Source of the DNA: the human T2T-CHM13v2.0 reference genome, Homo sapiens
Strand: one strand, 5' to 3'
Assembly (NCBI RefSeq): GCF_009914755.1
Contig: NC_060933.1
Length of the DNA stretch: 64,000 bases
Part shown: piece after piece, positions 12,015-24,115 of the stretch
Numbering within the stretch: position 1 is the first letter of the stretch
How the letters are laid out: each line of letters opens with the position of its first letter
Notes under the pieces: generated by a model
The model's database searches: none
Seen by the model: the letters and a program-made list of their open reading frames with translations, nothing else
Told to the model about the DNA's origin: nothing
Translations under genes and position numbers: made by a program

Positions 12015-13280
12015 AGCACACACACCATCCCAACCCACTGCCCACACATCATCCCAACCCACTGCACACACACTATCCCAACCCACTGCACACACACCAT
12101 CCCAACCCACTGCCCACACATCATCCCAACCCACTGCACACACACTATCCCAACCCACTGCACACACCACTCCAACACACTGCACACACACCATCCCAAC
12201 ACGCTGCACAACCACCCCAACACAGTGCACACACACCATCCCAACACGCTGCACACACACCACCCCAACACACTACATACACACCATCCCAACACACTAC
12301 ATAACACCATCCCAACACACTGCATATATACCACCCCAACCCACTGCACACACACCATCACAACACACTGCACACATACCATCCCAACACACTACACACA
12401 CACCACCCCAACACACTACATAACACCATCCCAACACACTGCACACACACCATCCCAACCCACTGCACACACACCATCCCAACCCACTGCACATACACAT
12501 CCCAACACACTACATACACACCATCCCAACACACTACACACACACCACCCCAACACACGACATAACACCATCCCAACACACTGCACACACACCATCCCAA
12601 CCCACTGCACATACACCATCCCAACACACTACACACACACCACCCCAACACACGACATAACACCATCCCAACACACTGCACATACACCATCCCAACACAC
12701 TACATAACACCATCCCAACACACTACACACACACCATCCCAACACGCTACGTAACACCATCCCAACACACTACATAACACCATCCCAACACACTGCACAC
12801 ACACCATCCCAACACACTACATAACACCATCCCAACCCACTGCACACACACCATCCCAACACACTGCACACACACCATCCCAACCCACTACATAACACCA
12901 TCCCAACCCACTGGACACACACTATCCCAACCCACTGCACACACACCATCCCAACACACAGCACACACACCATCCCAACACACTACATAACACCATCCCA
13001 ACCCACTGCACACACACCATCCCAACACACAGCACACACACCATCCCAACACACTACATAACACCATCCCAACCCACTGCACACACACCATCCCAACACA
13101 CAGCACACACACCATCCCAACACACTACATAACACCATCCCAACCCACTGCACACACACCATCCCAACACACAGCACACACACCATCCCAACCCACTTCA
13201 CACACTCCATTCCAACCCACTTCACACTTGTCATTCCTACCCACTGCACACACACCATCCCAAGCCACTGTATACACACA
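12015..13280. repeat. C/A-rich minisatellite (VNTR), 23-24 bp unit CACACACACCATCCCAAC(A/C)CACT(G/A), roughly 50 copies
   Basis: The tandem array is directly visible; the overlapping ORFs show 8-aa periodicity (HTPSQPTA). Confidence 0.97.
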
Positions 13281-13544
13281 ATTACAACGCTACTCTTCTC
13301 CCAAATATTATCTTATGAGTCATGAAAGCAAATTTTCTACTTAAATTCACTCCACCAGCTTTTATATCTCTGGAGTCCTTGATCCTGATGATGATATTAT
13401 CTAGATAACTCACTGATTTTACTTGATCTTAATGGATGTTTTAATGGAACAGCATAGCTGTAGACCTGTTAGGAGTAGCTCTACTTGCTGTTCTTCAAGT
13501 CATAGTTGACTTGTATGATTGCCAACTCTGTCTTTTGGCTTACC

Positions 13545-13850
13545 TGCCCCTTCCCCTGCAATAGTCTTGCTCTTGTGTTCAACTTCGAGGACTGACTCAC
13601 CTTTCCTTCATGTCTTCTGTGCCTAGTGAAAGCAATCCCTCATTCCTACTGAAAGTGATCTCTCTCTCCCCTTTGAACTTCAGAGTAATTTACTCTACTC
13701 TCCCCTCCCGTTTTTGTTATCAGGTAAGATACTTTTTAGCTAAACGTCTTTGCTTCCCTGAAAGACTCTAAGTTCCTTTAAAGAAGGATTTTTGCTTGAT
13801 TCATGAGCTGCTAAGAACCCAATAAAAGCTCTATAAATTATAGATATATG
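13545..13850 (+). mobile_element. Degraded L2 fragment
   Basis: CTTCCCTGAAAGACTCTAAGTTCCTTTAAAGAAGGA resembles the L2 3' region. Confidence 0.45.
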
Positions 13851-14188
13851 AATAACAGGACAGAATTTTAAAATATATTGTTATTAGACATATATATTAT
13901 TATATTATGGATTGATAACTAGGACTGACAGTCAGTTTTTAGAATTTTTAAAGCAATTAATAATGATTCCCAACCTTCTCTAACACACCATATCCTCTTG
14001 TTACTTGATTTTGCAGTAACATCTCTTCCTGATCTGGAAAATGACTAATGGCATGATTTTTAATTTAAAATAATAGAAATTGGGTTTCTACTAAAACATT
14101 TCTTTGGATAATTTTATTAATGTGGTTTTGAGAATTACAAGTCATGGTAAGAAAAGCAACACTTACAAGTGTGAACATACCCACACCC

Positions 14189-14810
14189 ATTATTCGTTTC
14201 CCAGGGGTGCCATAACACTGCAGGGCACACTGGGTTAGGATATGTATGCCAATTTAACTAGAGATAGATAAGCAATGGCTACAATTTGATAGTGGGAAGA
14301 TGGAAAGTGATAGTTAATTGTCTGCTGAATGCTCAGAAGAAAAGCCTAGAAAACCTAGCCTCTAAGTGATACAGAAAATATTAAAATATAATAAATTATA
14401 TAACACATGCCTATAAGATGACTCTTTAACTGTTAAAGCGTCAGACAGTTAAAGAGGGCATGCTTGCTCCAAAGCCTCTAGGAAGAATTCTGCCTAGTAT
14501 CTTCCAGCTTCTAGTAGCCCCAGTCATTCCCAGACTTGTGACAGAGGCTGTCTATGCCTGCCTTCACATGGCTGTCTTTCCTCAGCATGTCTGCATGCTC
14601 AAATTTTCCTAATTTTATAAGAATACCAGTCCTTGGGTTAGGGCCCACCCTAATCTCATATGAACTCATTTTAATGGGATTATATCTGCAAAGATCCTAT
14701 TTCTAAACAAGGTCACATTCATAGGTACTGGGGGCATTAGGATTTGAAGAGGTTTTTATTGTTGTTTTGTTTTGTTTCAGTTTTTTGAGGACCCAATTCA
14801 GTCCATAATA
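14189..14810 (-). mobile_element. MLT1B/C-like LTR, interrupted at 14236-14456 by non-LTR sequence
   Basis: Starts TATTCGTTTCCCAGGGGTGCCATAACA. Resumes AGGGCATGC...CTTCCAGCTTCT...TAGGGCCCACCCTAAT...ATCTGCAAAGATCCTATTTCTAAACAAGGTCACATTC...CAATTCAGTCCATAATA. Confidence 0.85.
14236..14456. other. Complex templated insertion (three locally copied segments)
   Basis: 14236-14307 matches the reverse complement of 15204-15275. 14306-14433 matches 11144-11275 directly (~88%). 14440-14456 equals the reverse complement of 11264-11280 (17/17). Confidence 0.9.
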
Positions 14811-15639
14811 TAGGCCATACTTAAGATTATTGCCAAATGTAAAAAATAATAGATGTTTTTAGGTTTCAAGGATGAACCATGCATAGATGACTTCAAAATG
14901 AAGTTTATAATAAGATGCATAAAGAAACATTAAGTAGCAAAGGAAGTTTTCCTAGTAACTCTGTGATCACTTCAGGTTCCTAGGATTAAAAACTGGATGT
15001 ATGGTGGACTCAGTAGAGATTCAGGGCAAATGATTAATGTTGGGCAGAGAACAAATCAAGTTTAACTGGCCTGCTATATCTTTACTTACTCAACATTTAG
15101 ACTTTCACAATGAAAAGGTTTACTGTGCCTTTTTTCACCACCCAATATGGAGCAGTGGTAATGGGTTGGATTCAATTTAAATTCTCTGAATAGCATGAGT
15201 TGGCTTTCCATCTTCCCACTATCAAGTTCTAGCCATTGCTTATCCATCTATCTCTAATCAAATTGGCATATTCTATTTTCAGTTAATAAAGGCTTTTTAA
15301 CATCAGAAATCAAAGATGAATGTTATCTTTCTCTGACTTAGGGGAAATCACAGAAATGCCCATATATCATTTTCTCCTCTTTGGTTCAATGATTGACATG
15401 TTGTTAGGCCGATGCCATGATGTCCAAGAGATGTTTAGTCAAGTTAGTTTCAATGACTCAGTGACGTTATCCAAGTAAATTCTCACCGGTTCCATCTATC
15501 AGTTACTCCACGGGCTTTTCCACCTGCACCTTACATGTGAACTCTCCCTAGCCACCCAAATACCACACTCTTTCCTGCCTACCTCCCAACCATTTTTCTA
15601 ATATAAAATTATTCTTACATTCCTTTCAAAAACTCAAAT

Positions 15640-15865
15640 TGGACATTATGTATGGTTCCTTTAATATTCTGCTGGATTTATTTTCCTAGTGTTTTGTGTA
15701 TGGAAAATTTTTAAAATTTTATTTATACGTGAGATAGGTTGAATTCTTTGGTGTCTGTTATTTTTGTCTAGGTTTCAATATTATAATTATGCTATTTTAT
15801 AAAGTTGAGTTTTATATCTCTTAGGTTTTGAGGCATGTTTTCTGGTATTTGTTTTTTAAAAGTTT
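15640..15865 (-). mobile_element. Ancient L1M fragment (host of the following L1MC)
   Basis: Antisense ORF2 motifs TTAATATTCTGCTGGATTTATTTTCCTAG and TTTGTCTAGGTTTCAATATTATAATTATGCT. Confidence 0.6.
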
Positions 15866-15869
15866 AAAG

Positions 15870-17031
15870 TCCTTTGGGTAAATACAAAGGAGCACAATTG
15901 CTAGGTCATATATAAGAATATGCTTAGTTTTATAAGAAACCACCAAACTGTCTTCAAAAGTGGCTGTGCCATTTTGCATTCTCATCTGCAATGAATAAGA
16001 GTTCTGGTATCTTCACCTTCTAGCATTTGGCATTGTCCGTGTTCTGGATTTGGGCCATCCTAATAGGTGTGAAGTGGTATTTCATTGTTGTTTTAAGTTG
16101 CATTTCCTTGATGACATGAGATAGATCATCTTTTAATATGCTAACTTCCCATTTGTATATCTTTTTTTTTTTTTTGGTGAGATATGTGTTTAGGTCTTTG
16201 GCCCATTTTTTAATTTGGTTGTTTTCTATTGCTGAGTTTTGAGAATTCTGTTTATATTTTAAATAATAGTCCTTTATCAGATATGTTTTTTGCAAACATT
16301 TTCTCCCAGTCTGTTGCTTCTTTATTTTCTTGACAATGTCTTTCACAGAGAAGAAATTTTTAGATTTTAATAAATCCAGTTTATTAACTGTTTCTTTCAT
16401 TCATTGTGCCTTTGCTGTCATACCTAAAAAGTCATCCCCATATTCAAGGTCATCTCAATTTTTTCCCATTTTGCCTTCTAGAGGTTTCATAGTTCTGCAT
16501 TTTACATTTAAGTCTGTGATCTATTTTGAGTTAATTTTTCTGAAGGGTGCAAATTCTGTGTCCAGATTTTTTTTAATGTGAATATCTAGTTGTCCTAGCA
16601 CCCACTTGTTAAAAAGACTATCTTTTCTCCATTGTATTTATTGCTTTTGCTTTTTGTCAAAATCCAATGAACTATATTTGTGTGGATTTATTTCTGGTCT
16701 CTGGTCTCTATTCTGTTCCACTGATCTGTTTGTTTGTTCTTTCAACAATATCACGCATTCCTGATTACCGTAGCTTTATGGTAAGTTTTGAAGTCAAGTA
16801 GGGTCAGTCCTACAACTTTGTTCTTCTCCTTCAGTACTGTGTTGGCTATCCTAGGTGTTTTTTAAAATCTTCATATAAACTTTAGAATCAGTTTGTCAAC
16901 ATCCATAAGATAACTTGCTGAGATTTTAATTTGGATTGCATTCAATCTATAGATTAAGTTGGAAAAAACTGACATCTTGACAATATTAAGTCTTCTTATC
17001 CATGAACATTGAATATCTCTCCATCTATTTA
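15870..17031 (-). mobile_element. L1MC1/2-like ORF2 segment, inverted 5' part of a twin-primed insertion
   Basis: ORF 16020..16400(-) is an L1 ORF2 C-terminus (NQIKKWAKDLN...IKEMQLKTTMKYHFTPIRMA). Confidence 0.9.
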
Positions 17032-17710
17032 CTCAAAGGAGTTAAAAATGTATGTCTATATAAAAACCTGCACACGGAAGTTTTATGGCACCTTTATTCA
17101 TAATTGTCAAAACTTGGAAGCAGCCAAGATGTTCTTCAGTAGGTAAATGGATACATAAACTGTAGTACATCCAGACAATGAAGTATTACTCAGCACTAAA
17201 AAGAAATGAACTATCAATTCATGAAAAGACATGGAGGAAACTTAAATGCATATTTCTAGGTGAATGAAGTCAGTCTGAAAAGTCTATATACTGTATAATT
17301 TCAAGGACATGACATTCTGGAAAAGGCATAGTAAAAAGATCAGTTACTGCTAGGTGTTGGGAGGGAGAAAGAAATGAACAATTAGAGCACAGTGAATAAG
17401 GAAATAAAACTACTTTGTATGATACTATAATGTGGATACATGTCATTATAAATGTGTACAAACCCAGAGAACATACAACACCAAAAGTGACCCCTAATGT
17501 AAACTATGAATTTGGAGTAATGAGGATATATCAATATAGGTTCATCAAATGTACCACTCTGGTGAGGGATATTGATAATAGAGGAAGCTATGCATGTGTT
17601 GGAGCAGGGGATCTATGAGAAATCTCTGTGCCTTCTGTTCAGTTTTGAGGTGAACCTAAAATCGGTTTTTTAAAAAGCCTATTAAGAAACAAATCACAAG
17701 CAAAAATATG
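17026..17710 (+). mobile_element. L1MC1/2-like 3' end, sense part of the same insertion
   Basis: 3'UTR motifs CCCTAATGTAAACTATG, AAATGTACCACTCTGGTG and GAAATCTCTGTGCCTTC...GTGAACCTAAAA, followed by an A-rich tail. Confidence 0.9.
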
Positions 17711-17739
17711 TAAGTAAAAAAATTATTTAAGTTTAAAAT

Positions 17740-18240
17740 TTGTAAAAATGTTTAGATGAATAGTATTCTTATGTTTACTAATTTGATCACTTTTTTTCCT
17801 GGCTATTGATCTATTTTTCCACTTCTCCTTGAGTTTGTTTTTTCCAATTATTCTTCTCTCTACTTTTACTCTATTTTGTGTTGCTATCACAATTCTTGCT
17901 TTTCTTTTAATTGCCCTTTCCTGTTATATCCTGCCCATCCTTTTATTTTTATCATTCTGCATTATATGGTTTAGACGTATCTCTTTTAGATAAGATATAC
18001 TTGAATTAGGGGGTGGAGTCTAATCTGAAAGTCTTTGTTTCTTAAAGAGAGAATCTTGGCTCTTTTATGTTTATGCTTGTAAAATACATTAGTTCTCACT
18101 TGATAATTTTTCAAGAGTTTGTGATTTAAATGTTTATTTGCTTCATTAAAAATCTGTCTTTATATGAATTATGTTTTCACTGGTAATTTTTTCCCTGGTG
18201 ATTAGAAAGGTAGAAAATGGACTACTTATTCTGTATCTTA
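17740..18240 (-). mobile_element. Ancient L1M fragment (continuation of the host L1)
   Basis: CCCATCCTTTTATTTTTA...GTATCTCTTTTAGATAAGATATACTTGAAT...TCTAATCTGAAAGTCTTTGTTTCTTAA, antisense ORF2 N-terminal motifs. Confidence 0.6.
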
Positions 18241-19186
18241 ATGACTGAGTAGGCAGATTCAGTCAGCCCTGCTCTGTGAACTCAGCACTTTGTTTGCTTG
18301 CTTGTTTGTTTCACAAATAATATCAAAACCCAGCAAAGCTAAATAGTCTAAAGTTTCATGACTAGTTAGTAAAGTTGATACCAAAACCTAGTACTCCTAG
18401 CTTCAGAACAGTGCTTTCTACTGCCTCAGTGTGTGCCAAATTTTGCCCTATTCCATGTGGATGAGCTTTTTCCACCTCAACAATCTACACCTGAATGTTC
18501 ATATTTCCTTCTCTTGAAAGAAGCATTTTCCTCACCATATCTATGTTCTCTACAATCTTAGCAGGGCATTATTGAGGCTGTACACCCACAGAAGAACTCA
18601 GAATAATGTATCAGTTGGAGTTGTAATCCAGTGAATTATCAATAAGGTCATTATCTTTTCAAAATCTTTTTCATTTCAACTTAATACTGGAATTGGTAAA
18701 AGGAGATTTAGGCATCATTTTTGACATTAAGGAGCTCACTCCTCCTTCAAGTAGGCAGATGAATGACTACGTAACTATAATATATAGCAGACTCTAAAAA
18801 GCATTACAATTTGGAAAACATATTTGACATAATAAAGATGACATTCTGTGAAGTTTACATGTAATTTTCTCCCATAAGCAGTATAATTTAAAAAACATCT
18901 TTGACGTAATAAATATGGCATGCAGTGAAGTTTATATGTAATTCCCTCCCATCATCTCTCTTTGAAGAAAATGTGTATTTCAAAATACTTTTAATAGAGA
19001 TCAATTTACTCATCAGACTTATTATGGGGTTGGTCTTTTCACTGAAGAAGAACAAGTACCTCTGTACAAAAGCACACACACAGGCACATACTCATACATT
19101 AAGAGAGCAAGGTTTTGTATTTTATCCATAGGGTGGTTCACTTGCTAAAGGAAAGAAAGAAGAAAGGAAAGGAGGGAAAACTTTTT

Positions 19187-19195
19187 GTGTATGGG

Positions 19196-19229
<34 letters not shown>

Positions 19230-19378
19230 TTAAGAGTTGGGATCTCACTTTATCACTCAGACTGGAGTGCGGTGCAATCATGGCTCACTGCAGCCTCCAA
19301 CTCCTAGTCTTAAGCAATCCTCCTGCCTCACTCTCCCAAAACACTGGGATTACAGGCATGAGCCACCACTCCCAGCCT
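19187..19378 (-). mobile_element. Single-arm Alu (FRAM-like or arm-collapsed AluJ) with a (TG)n tail
   Basis: A ~150 bp monomer at 19230-19378 ending GAGCCACCACTCCCAGCC, preceded by (TG)n at 19203-19229. Confidence 0.85.
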
Positions 19379-19459
19379 AAGAAATCTTCTTTTTAAATAA
19401 GAATGAAGAAATATGACTCATGAAAAAAAAGAGCAGAACTCATCCAATCGTTTTCAGTC

Positions 19460-19620
19460 TGTGTAGTCTCTGAATGGAACTATTTTGAGTTTGGATTTTC
19501 TCACTTGTAACACTGTGATCACATTACCTTCCTGATAGGGTTTTGTGGATTTAAATTAAATAAGACAGCAACTAGAAGCTGCTGGCACAGGGAAAACCCT
19601 CAATAAATAGTATAATTGAT
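19460..19620 (+). mobile_element. MIR SINE
   Basis: TTTTCTCACTTGTAA...ATAGGGTTTTGTGGATTTAAATTA...TGGCACAG...CTCAATAAATA. Confidence 0.6.
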
Positions 19621-20444
19621 TGTGACTCACATTAATTGAGCATCTGCTTTGTGGGAGCTGCCTGTCATCTCATTTAGTGTCTCTGCAGCATTAGCTGATT
19701 AATTCATCTCACTGGAAATCTGGTTGCAGAAACTCCCTGATGTCACAGACACAAACGTAAAAACCAATCAATAATTTAAATTTTTACCTTTCGACAAGCT
19801 CTTTTGATGGCACTGACACCTTCCTTTTTCACGTGTCTCCAGACACTTACATTTTCTGAAATTAACTCACATTGCCTTATATACAACATAAATAAAACTG
19901 CAAAAAATCAATCCATCCTATATTTCAAAGGTGATTCCATAAATAACATAGAAAGTTATGGTCTTGTCTTGAAGGAAATTCCATATATCAGAGAGATCTT
20001 TTAAAAAGTGAATAATTTACGGTTAAAATAGGTCTTGAGTCACATTTTGAAAGCATATCCACAGCCTAATTATCACAGTAATCTGGAGAAGATCCAGATT
20101 CGTGCTTAGAAGTGTCTTCCAAAAGGTTTCTGAAAACTGCTTTATTAATGATGCCGCACAAATGCAAAGCATTATCCTAACTGTTAAGTCACAGCCTTAC
20201 TTTGTAGATGTTCTATTGTCCTTTCTACAGGAGGCAAATTAATCACTCTTTTTTCCTCCTCAAACATATTTTTCCCATGTGTTCTCTCTTGCTGCCATGC
20301 TAAGAATTTTATGAGAAAGCTGAATAAATACTCTAGGTCATTATAATTTTACTTAAATAATACATTTTCATTTTTAGAATAATATATGATCATTTACTAT
20401 AAGCTGGGCTTTATGCTAATGACTTGTATTTATTTACTTGAATT

Positions 20445-20645
20445 TGCAGTGTGCTATTACATATATTTTCTCGTTTAATCCCCACAGCACCTCTATGTAG
20501 TAGGTAATGCTTTTATCATCATATTCCAGGAAAAGATCTACAACCTAGAGAATTGAAGTCACTTACCCAAGTTCTTATGATGATGAAGCCACAACTCAAC
20601 CCCAAGTAGTCAGATAGCAGAAGCCATGCTTTTAACCCCAGTTCT
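20445..20645 (-). mobile_element. MIR SINE
   Basis: TCTCGTTTAATCCCCACAGCACCTCTATG...AAGTCACTTACCCAAG...CCATGCTTTTAACC. Confidence 0.75.
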
Positions 20646-20834
20646 GTATTGTTCCCTGGCTATCCATAATATATGAAGGGAAAAAAGCAAATTTCAAAAC
20701 AGCAGATATAGAAGGATCTCTATTATGACATATTTCCTTGGTGTGTGTTTATAGATATATGATACGTAACGTATCATATATGTGTATGTATACATGCATA
20801 TGTTTTTATGTAATGTAAACAGCAAATATAGTGA

Positions 20835-21725
<891 letters not shown>

Positions 21726-21987
21726 TTACAAAATGAACTCTTAAAAATAGTCTCAATATGGGACCTCCACTGGCTAAGATGACCTTCCCTAAGTCATGGA
21801 GGAACTGGCACTGCTCATGATAGCCTTGGGACTCTCCTTTGTCTTTTCTTCTGTGGTTGCTTTGGTTGACCAGATCCCCATCAGATTGGCATGTTCATAT
21901 TTTAGAGGTGGTGATATCTTCAGTTATATCACTGTCTTGCTAGCCTAAAAGACAGTTTGTCTCTTTCTGGTGACCATTCCTCTATTT

Positions 21988-22175
21988 CAGGGGTCAGCAA
22001 ACTAGAGCTTTGTTTCATTGTTTCGTTTGTACAGCCCATGAACTCATAATGGTGTTTACTTTTTAAAATGGTTGCAAAAAACAACCGAAGAATAATATGT
22101 TATGGCGTTTGAAAGTTATATAAAATTCAAATTTCAATATTCATAAATAATAGTTGGAACATAGCCATGCCCATA
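21988..22175 (+). mobile_element. MER58B-like hAT-Charlie MITE, partial
   Basis: TIR CAGGGGTCAGCAAACT, plus AAATTCAAATTTCAAT...TTGGAACATAGCCATG. Confidence 0.8.
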
Positions 22176-22632
22176 ATGGTGCCATTTTAATAGGAAAAAA
22201 AATTGTCATAGACATCTGGATAAATATTCCACTGAGAGGACACTATGACAGAGCAGCAAGGTCCGTGGGTGAGACATCAGAGGCTAATTGTGAGTTACAG
22301 CTGCCACCTCCGACCCTGAGACATCGAGTGTGTTATTTAAATTATCTAATTCTCATTTCCTCATCTATAATAACTAACTTGTAAGTTATTCAGAGACTCA
22401 AACTGTAATGATGTAGGTATTTATACTGTTCATATGTAAGTCATTAGCGGCACACTTCTAATTCAGAAGACAAGCCATTACATAAGCAGAGTCAGCCAGG
22501 GCCTGGAAACATGTTAACATTCAAAAACTCAGCCTAGGCAGTCTCAGGCTAATAAGCACTAACTTGTCTGTCTCTTAGTGGAGTGCAAATATTTACGTTT
22601 AAGCAGGGAGCAACTTCCTGCTCATTTTGGTT

Positions 22633-22881
22633 AAAGGGTAGACCCAGTTTTTAGACAATGAATTGGGGGGCGGGTTTATCCTTTAAGAAAAAGAACACTA
22701 AATTATGACTACAATGTAAATTATAAAAGTGAGGATTTGGAATGAGAAAGAAAATCACAACAAATCGCAAATCTCTTTCTTCAAAAATATTACAAAATCA
22801 CATGACCACATGAAAGGGGCTTGAGCAAGTGAGCTGCTCTGAAGCTTCAGCTTTGGCAACTTTGGAGTAAATCCTTTTCTG
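22633..22881 (-). mobile_element. hAT-Tip100 MITE (Arthur1A/MER69-like)
   Basis: The right end GCAAGTGAG...CTGAAGCTTCAGCTT...GTAAATCCTTTTCTG matches the reverse complement of a CAGAGGCGGATTTAC-type TIR. Confidence 0.6.
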
Positions 22882-23269
22882 CTGTTGTCCACTCCAGTGT
22901 CAAAAAAAAAAAAAAAATCCACAGGTCTCATAAACATCACAATTACTCCCACCTCATTGCATATAAAATAACTTCCCTATTTGCAAAATTGAGGTGCTAA
23001 ATATACTACTAACAAATGTTACAAATAAATGTCAGATGGATTCCGTGGCTTGCTTGGCATTAAACATTCCTGCTACAAATTTGTTTCAGTCCTGCATTAA
23101 CAAAAATCTGACAGGTATGAGAATTCATTCTAAATTCCAAACAGAGCCATGAGGAAAAGAAAATGTTTATTCCTTATCAAGAGAAAGTTAACTGTGGAAA
23201 TCTGGGAAGCATAACTGAAATGAATAGATAATAGGTCAATTTTTTTATAATGAAATTCGTGAAGTGAAT

Positions 23270-23850
23270 GTCTCCAACATAGGATCCTGTACAACATTGT
23301 TTCAGATCAAAGGCCCCATTTTCCAGCAAAGGGAGTACGGCAGTGGGCACCAAGGGAATCCACTGTTTCTTTCACAATCCATCTCACCCTCACCCCACCA
23401 GTCTGACAGAATGAATGGCAGAATGGCCTCTTGAAGATGCAGCATAGTGCCATCTCGGAGAGGGGACCTTGCTAGGATGGGGCACCATCCTCCAGGAGGT
23501 GGTCTATACTCTAAGTCAATAATCTTTATGCAGTAATAACTCCTCCACAGGTAGAATACATGGGTCTAGGAGCCAAGGGGTGGAAGCAGAGTAGATACAA
23601 TTATCATGATCCCCAGTGACCCAGTTGGGGATTTATGCTTCTCATCCCTGAAGTCCTAGGCTCTGCAGATCTAGAAAATCCTGCTCCTTCACAGACAGTA
23701 AATACTCCCACTGGAGAACACAATGAGAGTCTGTTTCATTGAACTTTTAAGCTCTGGCTGTAACTGGCCACTTCCGGTTCCCATACCAAGAGAACAGTAG
23801 ATGAAGAAAGTCATCACACTTGTAGGAGTAATTCACATTGGCCTTCAGCA
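23270..23850 (+). mobile_element. ERVL-class internal fragment (integrase core/C-terminus + dUTPase start; HERV16/ERVL-like)
   Basis: Manual translation gives IVSDQRPHFPAKGVRQWA...NGLLKMQ...GWGTILQEVVYTLSQ*...GRIHGSRSQGVEA, matching the ERVL pol motifs SDQGTHF, NGLLK and RIHGSxNQGVE. Confidence 0.85.
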
Positions 23851-24115
23851 GAAAGAGACTGTTAAGAAGTCAGCTGCCAAGCTGTCAGTTCTTGGATGAT
23901 TTTTTTTTCTATTTGTTTTTAAGATATTTTCTTCATCTTGGTTATTCCGAAATTTCAGAAGTGGATTTTTTTTATTAATCTTGATATTTATTGAATCTAC
24001 TGAGACTTGTGTTTTTCGCCAATTTTGCAAAGTTCTCATCTATTATCTCTTCAAATCTTGCTTTCCTTCTATTTTCTCACTGTAGAACCCCAACTAAACA
24101 ATCCATTGGAAAATA
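23850..24115 (-). mobile_element. Ancient L1/HAL1 ORF1 fragment
   Basis: ORF 23845..24039(-) LKFRNNQDEENILKTNRKK...SLAADF resembles ORF1p KDKEKILKAAREK...IRLTADFS. Confidence 0.7.

Noticed and set aside
11901-13279. Many overlapping His/Thr/Pro- or Val/Cys/Gly-rich ORFs up to 171 aa
   Set aside because: Translations of the minisatellite in multiple frames, with no sign of real coding.
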